A stretch of 64,000 nucleotides of DNA from Parasitella parasitica NRRL 2501 (lineage: Eukaryota > Fungi > Mucoromycota). A model generated the notes under the pieces. The model did not search any database, was not told where the DNA came from, and worked only from the letters and a program-made list of their open reading frames with translations. The position numbers and the translations under genes are program-made. The stretch is taken from NCBI GenBank assembly GCA_025201805.1, contig MU619247.1, positions 328,708 through 392,707 of the forward strand, written 5' to 3'. Below, in pieces: positions 11,872-25,933 of this stretch. Each line of letters opens with the position of its first letter. Position 1 is the first letter of the stretch.

Positions 11872-14266
11872 CAGATAGTTGTGATCCAGATTGGCTATTT
11901 TTTCTATTATACAATCGAGAGAATATCGGTGCGCTTGACGTTTCTAAGGAAATGCTGCTTTCGGTCGATGCAGTCTCATTATTGCTGACGCTTTCACGAT
12001 GTGCCATGCTGCTATTTTTTTTGTTGTCTATTTCAAAGTATGATTGCACCGGTGATCGTGGGACCTGCTCATTGTTCCTCACATCGCCATTTCGCATCAA
12101 CCAGATCTTTCTCTCGCCCACCATCTGCACGATATTTGAAAATATAGTTTCAATTGCTTCTTCTATGGCCGCCACGTATTCTTCTATCGCAGCAATGCTG
12201 GCTGCCAGGTTATTCCGAGTATCTGTCAACGTCTGAACCGCGCTGAACAACAAACCAACGGAATTGTATAGCTTTTGTTTCATATTACGAAATTCGGGCA
12301 ATGATTGGCTTTTTGTTGCATCAGCATGACTAATGTCTATGTCTTTGAGGATAGCAAGGTAACTCCCAGTCTGTGATGATAGATTTTGAAATAATATGAT
12401 GACGTTTGATCTTGTTTTCTGATTCAAAAGATGGAGCTTCTCTTCATTCGATGGTAAATCGCTCGTTTCAACGACGCCGCCTTGCTGCTTTTCCAGTGTA
12501 TGCGTATATGCCGATGCTTTCCATAGTGCATTCGTAGAGCCGAGAATCTGCTTGGCATGGGTTTGAAGACTGACGATTAAATCCTGATTCAGGGGATATT
12601 TGCCTTTGGTCTGTTGTGGAGTAGCAAAAGAAGGCAAGCTGCTTTTTCCTCCTCCTTCTCCTCCCTCTGCATTGAAAGGGTGGTCAAGTACAACAAACTT
12701 GGGACTGGTATGCTCGATCCTGACATTCTTACTCTGACAAACCAGGATAAATCTTCGGACAGCGTTCAGTACATCAGTCGCATCTCGTTGCACTCTACTC
12801 AGAATTTCGTTATTTGGCTCATTGACCACTTTGGCAGACAAAATCAACTTGGCCAACGTCGATAAAACAATGCGCAAAGGCTCTCTCGCTTCGAAATCTT
12901 GCAAGTGGGGAGCGTCTCTATCCATGGAATGAGACGAATACAACATATGTCGAACGGCGTCTACCACAACTACAACTTTCTGCTTGAAAATATCAGAATC
13001 TTGGGCTTGTACGATAGAGTTGTTGAGGTCCTGCACTGACTGGGCGATTTCTATAGCGATAGTCTTCCATGTCATTGGCATGTCATCATCGGCATCGTCC
13101 GTACATGAAGAGGCTTCCTTTTGCTCTTTTTCCTCGACCACATCCTCTGCTTCAGAATTCCGACGTTTCTAGATATACACACGCTTGAGAGCCATGTATA
13201 ATTCCATGTCAAATTTGCGCAGTACTTACCAATTGGCCGGTAGCTGGGTTGATATCATCAAAATCCCAGGTCGTTTCATGAGTGATTGAATTGCCATAGT
13301 ACACTTTTCCCTGAGGCGTGGTTCGTCTTGTCCAGAATTGCATCAACTATTATGTATAGAACAGTTTTTAGTCCAAGCCTTTTCATGTACCGTGACTAGA
13401 GCACTTTTTTTTTTTTTTTTTTTTTTTACATTTACATGTTGCTCTCCGGAAGAAATGGGAGATTCAGGTAAATGAATGGCTGGTATATTGCTCCTTGTCT
13501 TTTGCTTCCCAAAGACGCTGTAGTCATCGAAATTCTCCAACTGAGTTGTGGAATATCGATTGGGGTTTCGAGGGGGCGGCAAGGAGATGGAAGAGTGTGC
13601 ATCATTACTGCTGTGTTCATGTTCGTCATCAGAATCCAAAAGACTGGGATGGTTCCATCGTAAACCACCTGTGTGTTGATTAAAGTAAAATTTGGTAATG
13701 CCATCGTCAGCTATTTGAAGGGTCCATCCTTCGGGTAAACTCGTTTCCTGCTCTTCGTGTTGCTGTTGTCGGACAGGCCTCTGCAAATAGGGCGCTGTAG
13801 AGGGGCTGTTGCTCATGTACGGGCTATTCCTGGGCTGCTGCGAATATCGATGCTGAGGGGTAGTCGTCGGTAAGCTGTTGGCTGGATGCTGGCCCAAGTT
13901 CATGCTTTTGATTAGGCTTATCGTCCTGGCCTCTTCTTGGCTATCATCGTCGCTGTCGTAGTCGTCTTCGTTGTCAGCATAAACATCAGTGTCAATGTCG
14001 CTGACATCGGTTGAAGGGTTGCATTGATTTGCAAGCGATCTATTGCTTCTGGAATGAGCCAGATCGACAATTTGAACATAGTTGCTTGGGAACCAACCTC
14101 GACTACCTTTGCACCAGCCATCCCACCAGCCTGAGTCCAATTGCGAAAGAACCTCGATGAATTCGCCCTTTTCAAAAGACAGCGATGACTTTTCTGACGA
14201 TGAAAAAGCGTACAACGCCTTGACTCTGCAGATAATCTTTGGGAAATTCGCAGTGGTGCTGGCCAT
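10244..14266 (-). CDS. Cdc25/Ste6-like Ras guanine nucleotide exchange factor (SH3-WW-WW-RasGEF_N-RasGEF)
   Basis: SH3 (VKALY...SGWWDG...GWFPSNYV); WW (LPEGW...YFNQHTGGLRWNHP); a second WW exon at 13230-13346; [41 protein letters not shown]. Confidence 0.95.
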
Positions 14267-14757
14267 TTTTTTTTTATTTTTTTATTTTTTTTTTGTAAAT
14301 GTGAAGAGAAAGTTGAGCAAATGGAAGAAGTGCTAAAATAATTTTTTGTAAATCGTAACCAAAAAGGAATACAAAAACCATAATAATAATCGCTTCTTGG
14401 ATTATTTCAGTTTCTGGCCTCATGTCATTTTTGATTTGCTCAATACGCACCCAATCAGACATACTCTTATGCCATGACAAATAACTCAAATCGACTTTAC
14501 TTGCATAGTAGTCTTGTACAAGCTAGCAGGATACAACCTAACAGCATGCATCCTAAACGCATTGTTGCGAAGAACGTGGCAGCAGCAGGGTGATGCTTGA
14601 AAGTCCGCGCTCCATTGCTCCCAACTGTCAATGTAATAATACTCAAGGGGTATGTATTTGGATAAACATTTTATATGATCAAGTTACACTCGATGGATCA
14701 TCTCCGATTTTTTTTTTTTTTTTTTTTTTTTAAAACAATATTATATAGTACGATTTT

Positions 14758-17700
14758 TTATATCATTATTAAGCTCGGTAAGCATTTTGAGGGTATGACA
14801 AGGTCGAATTTACCTACAAGCGAACGCAGTGTTATTTATCATAAGCAGAAATATATACAACGAGAAAGTTGACTTACCTGGTATTGCTACAAAGTAATCA
14901 CACACTTCTCTGCAAAACCTGATTCTATACTGGTCTGGAGGGACCACAGTAACTTCTTTTCTTGGCTGCAAGGTTGATTTGCTTTTCGACTCCAATTTCT
15001 TATACCAGGTGTACGCACCAATGAAATCTAAAAGCCATACATTTACTTAGGAGGCAGATAAAATCATGCCATTTTACGTATTTACCAACGATGCCTACAG
15101 TCATCTCACAGTTGTTGTCATCGATGCCTACTAGTAATGAGTAGTCCATGATGTTGCATTTGTACAGGAATTCAGTGTCGTTGATTATCGCCAGCTCTAT
15201 AATGGATTTAGACTGTTCATGTACAGGCAATCTGGTTCGATATTCTGCCATTTATTTAGTTATCGCTCTGATATAATATACAACATGCCCTGGTTCAGTG
15301 TTACCATTCAACCAATCTCCGTCCCACAGTGTGGTATCGTGTTGCTGTTTGCGGAACTCGTCCACATGTCGATCCTGTATTCCTTTGAAATCAAACCTCT
15401 GCGTGCAACAAACATTTGTGGATGAGTGTATACGAATTGAATGGCGATGCATATTTATACCTTGTAAATGCTTTGATTGAAAAACAAATGCTCCATGACA
15501 AGCACATCTAGATTCAAGATTGATTTTTTATCAGCGGCGTTCTTGATTCGGATGGTAAAAAACCCAAATATCTTTGCCAATACAGACGGTTCCTGGTTAT
15601 TTTTACATGGCGTGAGTTTTTTCGTAGACATCTCCATAAATAGTACTAGTGCCTTACATTACAAGATTTCTTTACATGGTCAAAGTATTTAGGCGCAAAC
15701 TTGAGAAATGCATCTTTTTCGGCCACATTCCACGCATTCATCATCTCTTTTATGACAAACCGGTCATCTATACACACCCAAACTCAATGCCAGTATCTGT
15801 CCAGAAAAGAGCAGCATCCTTACCTTGCGTCTTGTAAAAGTGGCTCTTGCTTTTCCCTCCACTCGCCGTCCATGTTTGACATCGACATAGCGATTCTATC
15901 ATCAATTGATTGATGTTGCACTGCCTACGAAGTGCTTCAAACTCCTTGGCGTAATAGATTATGCATGTAAATTCCACGCCTTTATGAACGAATTCTACTC
16001 GTGTAGAGATAAGCATATGATCTAGCCGAAACCACCATATATATATATAAAAAAAAAAAAACCTACTATGCTTAATATGCGGACTGATGGTCTTTTTGCC
16101 ATTGAATAGTGGCTGATCTTTGCTTTCGTAAAAGTAAGATGCTACCTTGACTTCTTTGGTCTCCTCTTGTTGTTGAATTGCGGCAAGAGGCTCTAATGTG
16201 CGCTCTGTCAGATTTCGCTTCAAATCAGCACCTTCTACTTTGTTTTCCTCCTGCTTTTTGGTCCAAGGCGAGAGCCGTGCCTTTAAATCCTCAAGGCGCT
16301 TTGAATTATTGATACTCACTTCTTCAACGCTTGATTTGACTACTTCTGTAATCATGGTACGGAACGATGCCGTTTCAGACGTTGCTCCTGTGGATGGCGA
16401 TATATATTTACGCTCAATTGATGAATAATAGCCATCAATAACGTTGGGCAGCTGTGGCAGTTTCTTCTTTGCTGAATTGGGTATATGGTCGCTTGCAGGT
16501 CTGTTTGACTCTGCTGTACTTGTCGATGATAAGCTGGGGATCGAGGGGTGTTTGCCGCTGGACATGGTAGAGTGATTTCTGTAGTCTGTGCCTTCATCGT
16601 GCAGTATCTCTTGAATGTATTCGTTTGAGCTTAAAGTGTAGGCAATAATAGACGTGGGCTCATCCTCTCTCACAAGTACAGACGAGCCTGGAAAGCAATG
16701 CACTGATTTCAGAGAGATGTAATCAGGACTGTGCCAGCCACATGCATCGGTTACTTCGTCGCATTTAGACTCTTGCCATTCTGTCAAATACTGAATGATA
16801 GATTCAGACTGTATTGCAAAATACCTTCTGAAATCATTGAGTTCGTTCAGGCTGGTGTCTGATAACGCAGACAGCATGGCCTGATGATCTGTGTCCAATC
16901 TCTTGCTCAATGCTCTGATTTCTGAATCAAGAGCTTTAGCCTCTGACTGCAGCTGCAGCTTTGCTCCCGGCGAATCGTCTCCAAGACTGCGTATCTTTCT
17001 CCTGCTTTCTGCAATAGTGTAGTGGTTCAATAAGTCCAAATGTGCACGAATGGACTGGAAGAATAAATCAACATCGCACTCTGCGCTTTTATGCTTCCAC
17101 TCGATCAGTGTTGTAACGCCCAGTCTTGGCGCAGCAAACGCAATTTTATCGTTGGGCAGTGTTTCGGGGGAAATTTGGATGCGAGGCACCCGCAGTTCGT
17201 AAAACTTTGCATCTTCGCATGTAAACCTGAACACAATGCCATTATAAAGAAAGCATCGGCTGATCCTCGACCCAACACAGTTTCCAGCAGTCTTACTTGT
17301 CGTGTGGATGCAAAATGGCTCTGGCGATGCTAGTTTCGAGCTATAAAACACAAGCTCCAGGTACTTTGCAAACGAAAAACAAGCTGCTTCGTCACTGAGC
17401 ACAATAGGTGTCGTATTGGTATCGCACACATTGCACACAAGCCAAGAGAGAATCCTGTCTCTGTTCTGTTCGGTGCTGCTAGATTCGACGCTGGCGTAGA
17501 CATTGATTCGACTGATGCCATGCGTAAAGCTAAAAACATGGTTGATCAATGGCTGCTGGCATCCATGAAATTTGCTGCATTGTCGATTGTTTAGCTGCGT
17601 CGATGATTTGGATGAAGACAGAAGAGGCGTTGCTAACGTATATGAGGACGACTCTGATGACTTTTCCTGAGTTGGGGCATCTGGTATTGGACTTGCAGCC

Positions 17701-18870
17701 GTATCAGATAATAAACCAGGTATAACTAGCACTTGCTCATCAATGTGAAGCTGACATGAAGATTGGCTTTGGTCGCACCAATGACGGATTGTGTGCCCTA
17801 ATGACTGATCAATGTTTGGGAATATGGGTGTGGCACTATTAGCTGGTGATTCGTATTGAAAATATTCAATTTTACTCATGAGGGGTCCCAAACAGGGACG
17901 ATCAGGGCATCCAATGGGATAGCAGGTAAAGCCGATTGTGATACTTTGGTGCTGCTTGAAGCTATTCAGCGACGTCGTATCCAGTAGTAGATGCTGTAGC
18001 CCCTTTCTGCTGTCAGCTAATAGTGTCGGTATTCGTATTGAAGAGTATGCAGTGATTGATTGCGGAAGTTGAACCTCAGGGACAAAAATTGTCCTCTTGA
18101 TGGGGTGAGACAATGACGACAAGAGTGAGGATCTTCGTCTTGATTGTTGTCTGAGCGATGTTTTTGCGCTATCCGTTGCTGGTGCAGGGACTTCTTCCTT
18201 TATCATAAGCATCCTTTTCTGCTCAATCATCATGTCCTCTTCTGCTTCAAGTCGATTGAGTAGATTTGGGTATGGAAAATGGCATTCAGGGGACGACGAG
18301 ATTAATGCATATTCAATTTTCTTTTTCAATTTACAAAACCTGTGAGGGTCGTTTTCCTTGATTGGATCAAACTCGAGCTGCTGCTGATCTGCTGTACCTG
18401 AAGCTGCTGCTGCTGCTGCAGTTGATTGTTGTAGTCTTTTACTAAGGTTATCCAGCGACAATCCTCGCTTTACAGTACTCAGCGGACTACTCTTTCTTTT
18501 GGCCGTTTTTTCGCTGTCAACCGATGGTGGCGGCGTTGGAGGTAGATGTCTTGCTGTCGTTGCCAGTTTTCGAAACCATCCAAACAGTCCGTTGGGATCA
18601 CAGTTTTTCTCGATTTGATCTAATTTAGCTTTCGTTATACTTTCTGCAGCAACACCCGTTTCAGCAGCTATATTGGTAGTTGACATGACCGATTTCACAT
18701 GACTATCTCGCATCACATAAGTTTCTAAATAGAGGCTGTAGATCAAGTAGACAAGGCTCTGTACCAAACCCACTATAGTTGCTGTGAAAGTTTCATCCTT
18801 TGCATTCAACCCATAAATACGAATAGTTCCCCCAATTGGAAAATACATCGAATGCATGCCTGAATTTTAC

Positions 18871-18901
<31 letters not shown>

Positions 18902-19302
18902 TTGTAGCAGATGCATGCAGCATAGCATAAACAGGCTTTGTTACCATTGCTGATAGGCGCTCCATGCATAACATTCGCAAGGAACTTGGAGTCCTTTGGT
19001 GTATTCACAAAGAGCGTTTCTATGTGGATTTGCTTATTCTCCCCGGTACTATTCAACGACTTTTGAAATAGATCAATTGATACCCTGTTCAGCACATCAG
19101 CCCAGGGTTTGAAAGGGATTTTTAAATCGTTTAGCCAAGCGTATACTAATTTTGAAATATGGCTTCGTGAAGTTTCATCGACGATCAAACGTGTCGGCGT
19201 TGTTGGTAATGGTTTTACCGGTAAGGGCTTCAAAATCCGCTTTTCAGTTGTTGCTGCGGGTTCCTCTCTTGTAGCCAACAAAACAGCTTTGAGACTCTTC
19301 AT
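14758..19302 (-). CDS. Fab1/PIKfyve-like phosphatidylinositol phosphate kinase with no visible FYVE domain
   Basis: PIPK motifs GGKSKSHFYKT, LAKIFGFF, FDFKG, MDYSLLVGID, VVPPDQYRIRF; Fab1-type VREDEPTSIIAYTLSS and Cys/His-rich region (SFAKYLEL). The last exon after intron GTAAGT...TAG ends with TAA at 14758. 5' exon boundaries are less certain. Confidence 0.85.
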
Positions 19303-19649
19303 GATGAGGTTGGTATAAAGCGAAAAGAAAAGAAGAGAAGATTATATTCAACAGAAAAGGGAGAGACAAAAGCTTTATTTTTTTTTGGGGTTCTACAAAT
19401 TTCAAATTCGTCACCAGGTGATACGTGCATTTCTAAACAGATATCGAGATTTGCACTGTCGAGTTTGACCGTAGTTGTTAAAGGTCATTTTAGAAAACAA
19501 GACTGGATTTCCAACTAGCTGAACAAGTGTCCACAACAAATATCAAATGCATCAATTTTGTCTCTATTTCATAAAAAAAAAAGTTGTTGTGGATGTACTC
19601 CAGGTTAAAAACATTTGGTAGCCTACAAAGCAATGTGAAGATCGTGCAC

Positions 19650-20299
19650 GGTGCAAAGACATTCACGCAAGATCACTAAATTCTGGATTAATGTGAACCC
19701 GCAACAACGAGTGTGTCGTACCAAAGATTTTAGAAGAATGAGCATCTTTGACACTTTTAATTGCCCACTGTCTCGACTCTCTCAACTGCCCACATCACCT
19801 ATCACTGTTTGTTGTCTAAATGTCAATATTGCAGTCTACCCATTGTGTAAAGAGCGTGGAGAATCCAGAGGGCACTTGATCAATATCCGAGGAGATGAGC
19901 TCAACAAGCATGCGGACAGATAGGATTTCCACAAGTTGGCCAATCTTGGTATTTTTAACAGACATTTAGAAACATACTACATACTCATCATCGCCATTAT
20001 TGAAGTATGGAAGGCTCATTGGTGGTGGTTCATCTTTGATTCAATGCCTCCAACATCCAACTCTTTTCTCAAAATGCAATCACAAGATAGTCTGCTTTCA
20101 TCTTTTGAGTAATTGATACATTTTTAGATATATTTTTATGTTCTTTTCTCTCCTCTCCTCTCTCTCTATTATCTTGTATTTATTTATTTTTTTTCCGTTT
20201 CAGTATAATTATCCCTATCCATATCTTCACATTGTTGAGCACCGCTTCTGATGGTCCGCAAGTTCATCTTTAAGTGCAACAAATAAAAACAAAAAAAAA
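19650..20299 (+). mobile_element. 5'-truncated, decayed non-LTR retrotransposon (LINE) 3' end
   Basis: Broken reading frames resembling the LINE ORF2 C-terminus (FW...CP...; IEVWKAHWWWFIFD), then a pyrimidine-rich 3' UTR and AATAAA plus an A-rich tail at about 20281-20299. Confidence 0.6.
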
Positions 20300-20366
20300 C
20301 TTCTCAAAAGGCAGGTTTCGTTTCCCTGAAGTTCGATATCTCTAACAATCTTTATTAAACGTTGAT

Positions 20367-21689
20367 TTAAATATGTTCCTCACTTGAGCACTTTTCAAAA
20401 ACGTTCACAAAATGCTGTACAAACGCATGGAGGTGATTGGGAGGGACAGAATTACAAGCTTCAGTAAGCCGTGTAGTTGAGTCCTCTTTGTCCTCAAATT
20501 TACTACACTTGACTTTGTTCTTAACTATTGCCCAAAACGGCTCGATTGGGTTGAGCTCTGGAGTATAGGGTGGAAGATAAATAGGCTTATAGTCTCTCTT
20601 AGTTACAAGTTCATCTATTTCTTTAGCAGTGTGAATAGGCACATTATTCATAACTGTGTAATGACCCTTCATCTCAGGGAGACAGTTCATCTCGTCCATA
20701 GTTTTCTCAAGAAATACATGGTAATGGCCAGTAACAGTACCTCTAGACACAGACTTTTTGTTACTAGATGGCGTTTTTCTTTTGCGATTATAAAAATTGG
20801 TCTTGATGCGCTTGGACCATTCCTCTTGGGGGTTTCGAAGCTCCATGGATACAACAAATTTAGAAGAAATGGCGCCCAAAATCGTATGCGATGCTGCTCT
20901 CGTAGAAAGAGTGGATTACAATAGCTGGTTTTCCTTTTTCAGCCCAACCACCTGAAGGTCGCATGTTGATATTGAAAGCAGATTCATCTACAAAAACGCA
21001 GCTTTCAAGATAATCCATATCTGTTGCAGTCCATTGTTTGACCCAAGCCAGTCGATTATCAATCTTGGTGCTATTGTTTCTAGCAACTGGTTGAAGTATT
21101 ACTTTCTTGAAAGAAAGATTGCACTTGGTCGTCATGAAGTTATAAACAGTACTCTTTTTAATACTTAAGTCTGCAAAGTTGTGAGTGAGAGAATCAACTG
21201 CGTCAGTCAATCGTGCTTGCGGGTTATCATCGAAAAAATCTACTAGGTGAGTTTTATGTTCTGGTCCTAGCTGAGGCTTTGGTCTATTAGCCAAGTTTAT
21301 CTGCTTTTCTAAAATATTCCAATCCTTATCTTCTTAAAGTCTTTTAGCCCACTTTTGAGCCGTTCATTCGGCAATACCGCCAGCTAAGCGACGAGACTTC
21401 GCAGCATCGAAAAGCTTAACTCTATTCGTATAAACAAACAAAAGCCTTTGTTCGATTAAATATTTATCTAAACCTTTCTCTGCAGTTTACATGTATTTGC
21501 AATCTCCTATGTTTGTATCTAACTCCAAGCCAGGCTCCTGCTCACTTCCTTATATTTCACAGTACTATCTAATACGAGTTACGGTGATCAAGTGGAATTG
21601 AGTTACCTTGTCTTCCGATTCATGGTATCATTTCCCTGCTCATCGACAATCTTTCCTTGTCCATCTTCGTAATAAAAATGACAACCCAT
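20367..21689 (-). mobile_element. Decayed IS630/Tc1-mariner (DD34E) transposase
   Basis: FVDESAFNI (D1), VMNNVPIH (D2 changed to N), LPPYTPELNPIEPFW (E, 34 residues after D2). Frameshifts near 20880-20920 and upstream; N-terminal FYYEDGQGKIVDE remnant. TIRs not identified. Confidence 0.88.
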
Positions 21690-22729
21690 TTCCTTTTCCT
21701 TTTTTTTTTTTTTTTTGGTATTTATTGTCGAGTTCTATCTTTGGCGCAACCATAATAGTAATGTGAGTTACCACAATAATTTTATAATAAGCACTACTCT
21801 CTCAAGTTATACATTTATACTATCAGTTCAACGTTTGTCTATCAAACTTCTCTCTGTTGTCTGTTCTAGTAGCATTAAGGTATGCAATGCATTCCATATT
21901 GACGATTTTATTAGGAAAAAGAAAAAAAAAAGGCAGATATGGTATAGCAGAGGTCGAAACTATATTTTTTCAGCTATTTGAAATGCTCTGACATTAAGCC
22001 ATATACCAATCCACATTCAACTATAAAGAAGTAAATAAATAAAGATGGAATTACTTTTTCGGGAAGTTTCCGTAGATGATGAGGTTGCAGGGATAATAAC
22101 TCTAGTTTGCTTGTTTAAGCAATGGTCGAGCCAATTTGCATTGGTGAGGCTGGCATTCTGGTATACACTTTTAATCAATTGCTTCAGATGATACTGTTGC
22201 GTGGACCGATATTTACCTGATATAGGATTTAAACTAAACGATTATTCAATAACGAATATATATAACACACAACAGTGGTATAACCAAAGTTACCAAAACT
22301 AATGGTTAAGGGGGATAAAGACTCTTGTTTATTTGTTTGAATATGATAGCTTATATAATACTTATATTGAGGGGGGGGGGGGAGTGTTCTGATCGTTTGA
22401 CTAATATAAGAGACGACCTGGCATGCGCCACCACACAACAATATACTTGCATGAGTATCGGGAGAACCTTCTCACCGAAACTTCCAACATCAATTGGTAT
22501 TTGTAGGGGTTTTCCTTCATTAACTCTAGTGATGTACTTGCAAAAAAATCCCTGGAAAAGATCTTGGATTTAACGCAAAGTGAATTGACTATCTCATTGT
22601 TGATTTCTTTTTAAAGAAAAAGGCTACTCAGTTCCTCCTCCTCTTATTTTAACCAGAATTTTGTTTTTCGTATTAGTAAACTTTTGCCTTAGGATCTGAG
22701 GGCTAATAAAGGTCTTTGGGCCAAGACGA

Positions 22730-22890
22730 ATTGGCACGACGATGTAAGCGTCTTTAAGCTCCAGCTTCACCATGGAATCCCCCCTGCTCAATTCAGTCTC
22801 TTCTCGTTGTAAGCAAACTATTTTGAAGCGTTTCATTTGTATGCATTGGTCTAGAAGCTTACCTGATCTTGGATATTGGAATTTTACAAC
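22730..22890 (-). mobile_element. DIRS-type (tyrosine-recombinase retrotransposon) reverse transcriptase fragment
   Basis: QCIQMKRFKI...GDSMVKLELKDAYIVVPI matches the DIRS RT pattern HFKME...D.M.K.DLKDAY.VPI. Confidence 0.6.
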
Positions 22891-23009
22891 GATGCGCTGC
22901 TAGGTAAAATGAGATGACTCGAGGGGCGGAACCAGCATGTTCAGAATCCGCTGTCAATCACTTTATTTTAAAGGCATTGTCCGGGGTTACATCTTCAAAA
23001 AAAAACTAG

Positions 23010-24921
<1,912 letters not shown>

Positions 24922-25010
24922 ATAAAGTGATTTAGCACAAGTATAAACAGGCTCCTTCATATTTTTACATGATAGCATGTCAAAATGAAAGCGCCAGGTT
25001 TATCTTATAT

Positions 25011-25467
25011 TTATTGGGAGGTCAAGATATCAGAGTCACCGGCATCAGTGATGGAAAGAACACTGGTGCGGAAGAGCTTACCACAAGCAGTACCGAGATC
25101 GATGTTGTTACCATTGTAATGGTGAACACCAGTCTTGGACAACATGGCGTAGTACTCGATCTCAGACTTGCGGAGAGGAGGGCAGTTACCAGCAATGATG
25201 ATCAACTTGGCTATTTGGGTGCAAAATGTTAGCAAAACGTCTCGGGGGAACAATCTCTGCCCAAGGGACAGAAGACTACAATGGTTTTTGGGCTCCTGCC
25301 CCCCGAAAAGATGCAAAACTGTAGTCTGATAAACACTTACCCTTTCCTTGGCGGATGGTCTTCAAGGTAGTCTTGTAACCAAGAGTATACTTGCCAGACT
25401 TGGTAACGAGTTGGAGACGAGAGTTGATGGACTCGGCGTTCTTCTTGGACTTGACAGTAGGGGCCAT
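25011..25467 (-). CDS. RPL30: 60S ribosomal protein eL30
   Basis: [29 protein letters not shown]|[26 protein letters not shown]. Coding intron 25211-25340; probable 5'-UTR intron at about 25477-25526. Confidence 0.98.
25240..25310 (-). promoter_or_regulatory. Intronic kink-turn matching the eL30 autoregulatory binding site
   Basis: Pre-mRNA strands UUUCGGGGGGCA-GGA-GCCCAA and UUGGGC-AGAGAU-UGUUCCCCCGAGA form two stems flanking the GGA/AGAGAU loop seen in the S. cerevisiae RPL30 site. Confidence 0.8.
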
Positions 25468-25933
25468 TTTTATCTGCTATGGGTTAATTTTCAGTTTTGC
25501 CAGCGATTCGCCAAATGTACACTTACAGGTTGTAGACACGAAAGAGGAGGATCACAACAACACTCAAATTCAATTTGACTTTTTCTGTTTGCCGAAGAAA
25601 AAAAATTTTACAGGCGACTACCATTTGGTGCCAATACACAAGCCACTAACTAATGCTCATGGTCTCCCTTTGAATTGCCAGAGGGATCAGCGACGTGTTC
25701 TGCGTGGAAGCCCCTCGACAACCAATGTGCTTGTGTGTATGTGTGGGTGTGTGTGTGTGTGGGGTCACCAATTATCACAGCGTATTATACATTTTAATCG
25801 TCAGTTTCGTAGATTAGACAATTTGATGGCTCTTTTTGGCTGTCCCTTGAATGCTCAATCATCTGTTTGATTTAGGAGCCCGCATAGCGAGATCGTAATG
25901 CGTAACTTGTCTTTCGCAAAAAAAAAAAAAAAA

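Noticed and set aside
11763-12236. Poly-Cys ORF (and poly-Leu ORF at 27405-27689)
   Set aside because: Opposite-strand readings of CAG/CAA polyQ tracts in real genes.
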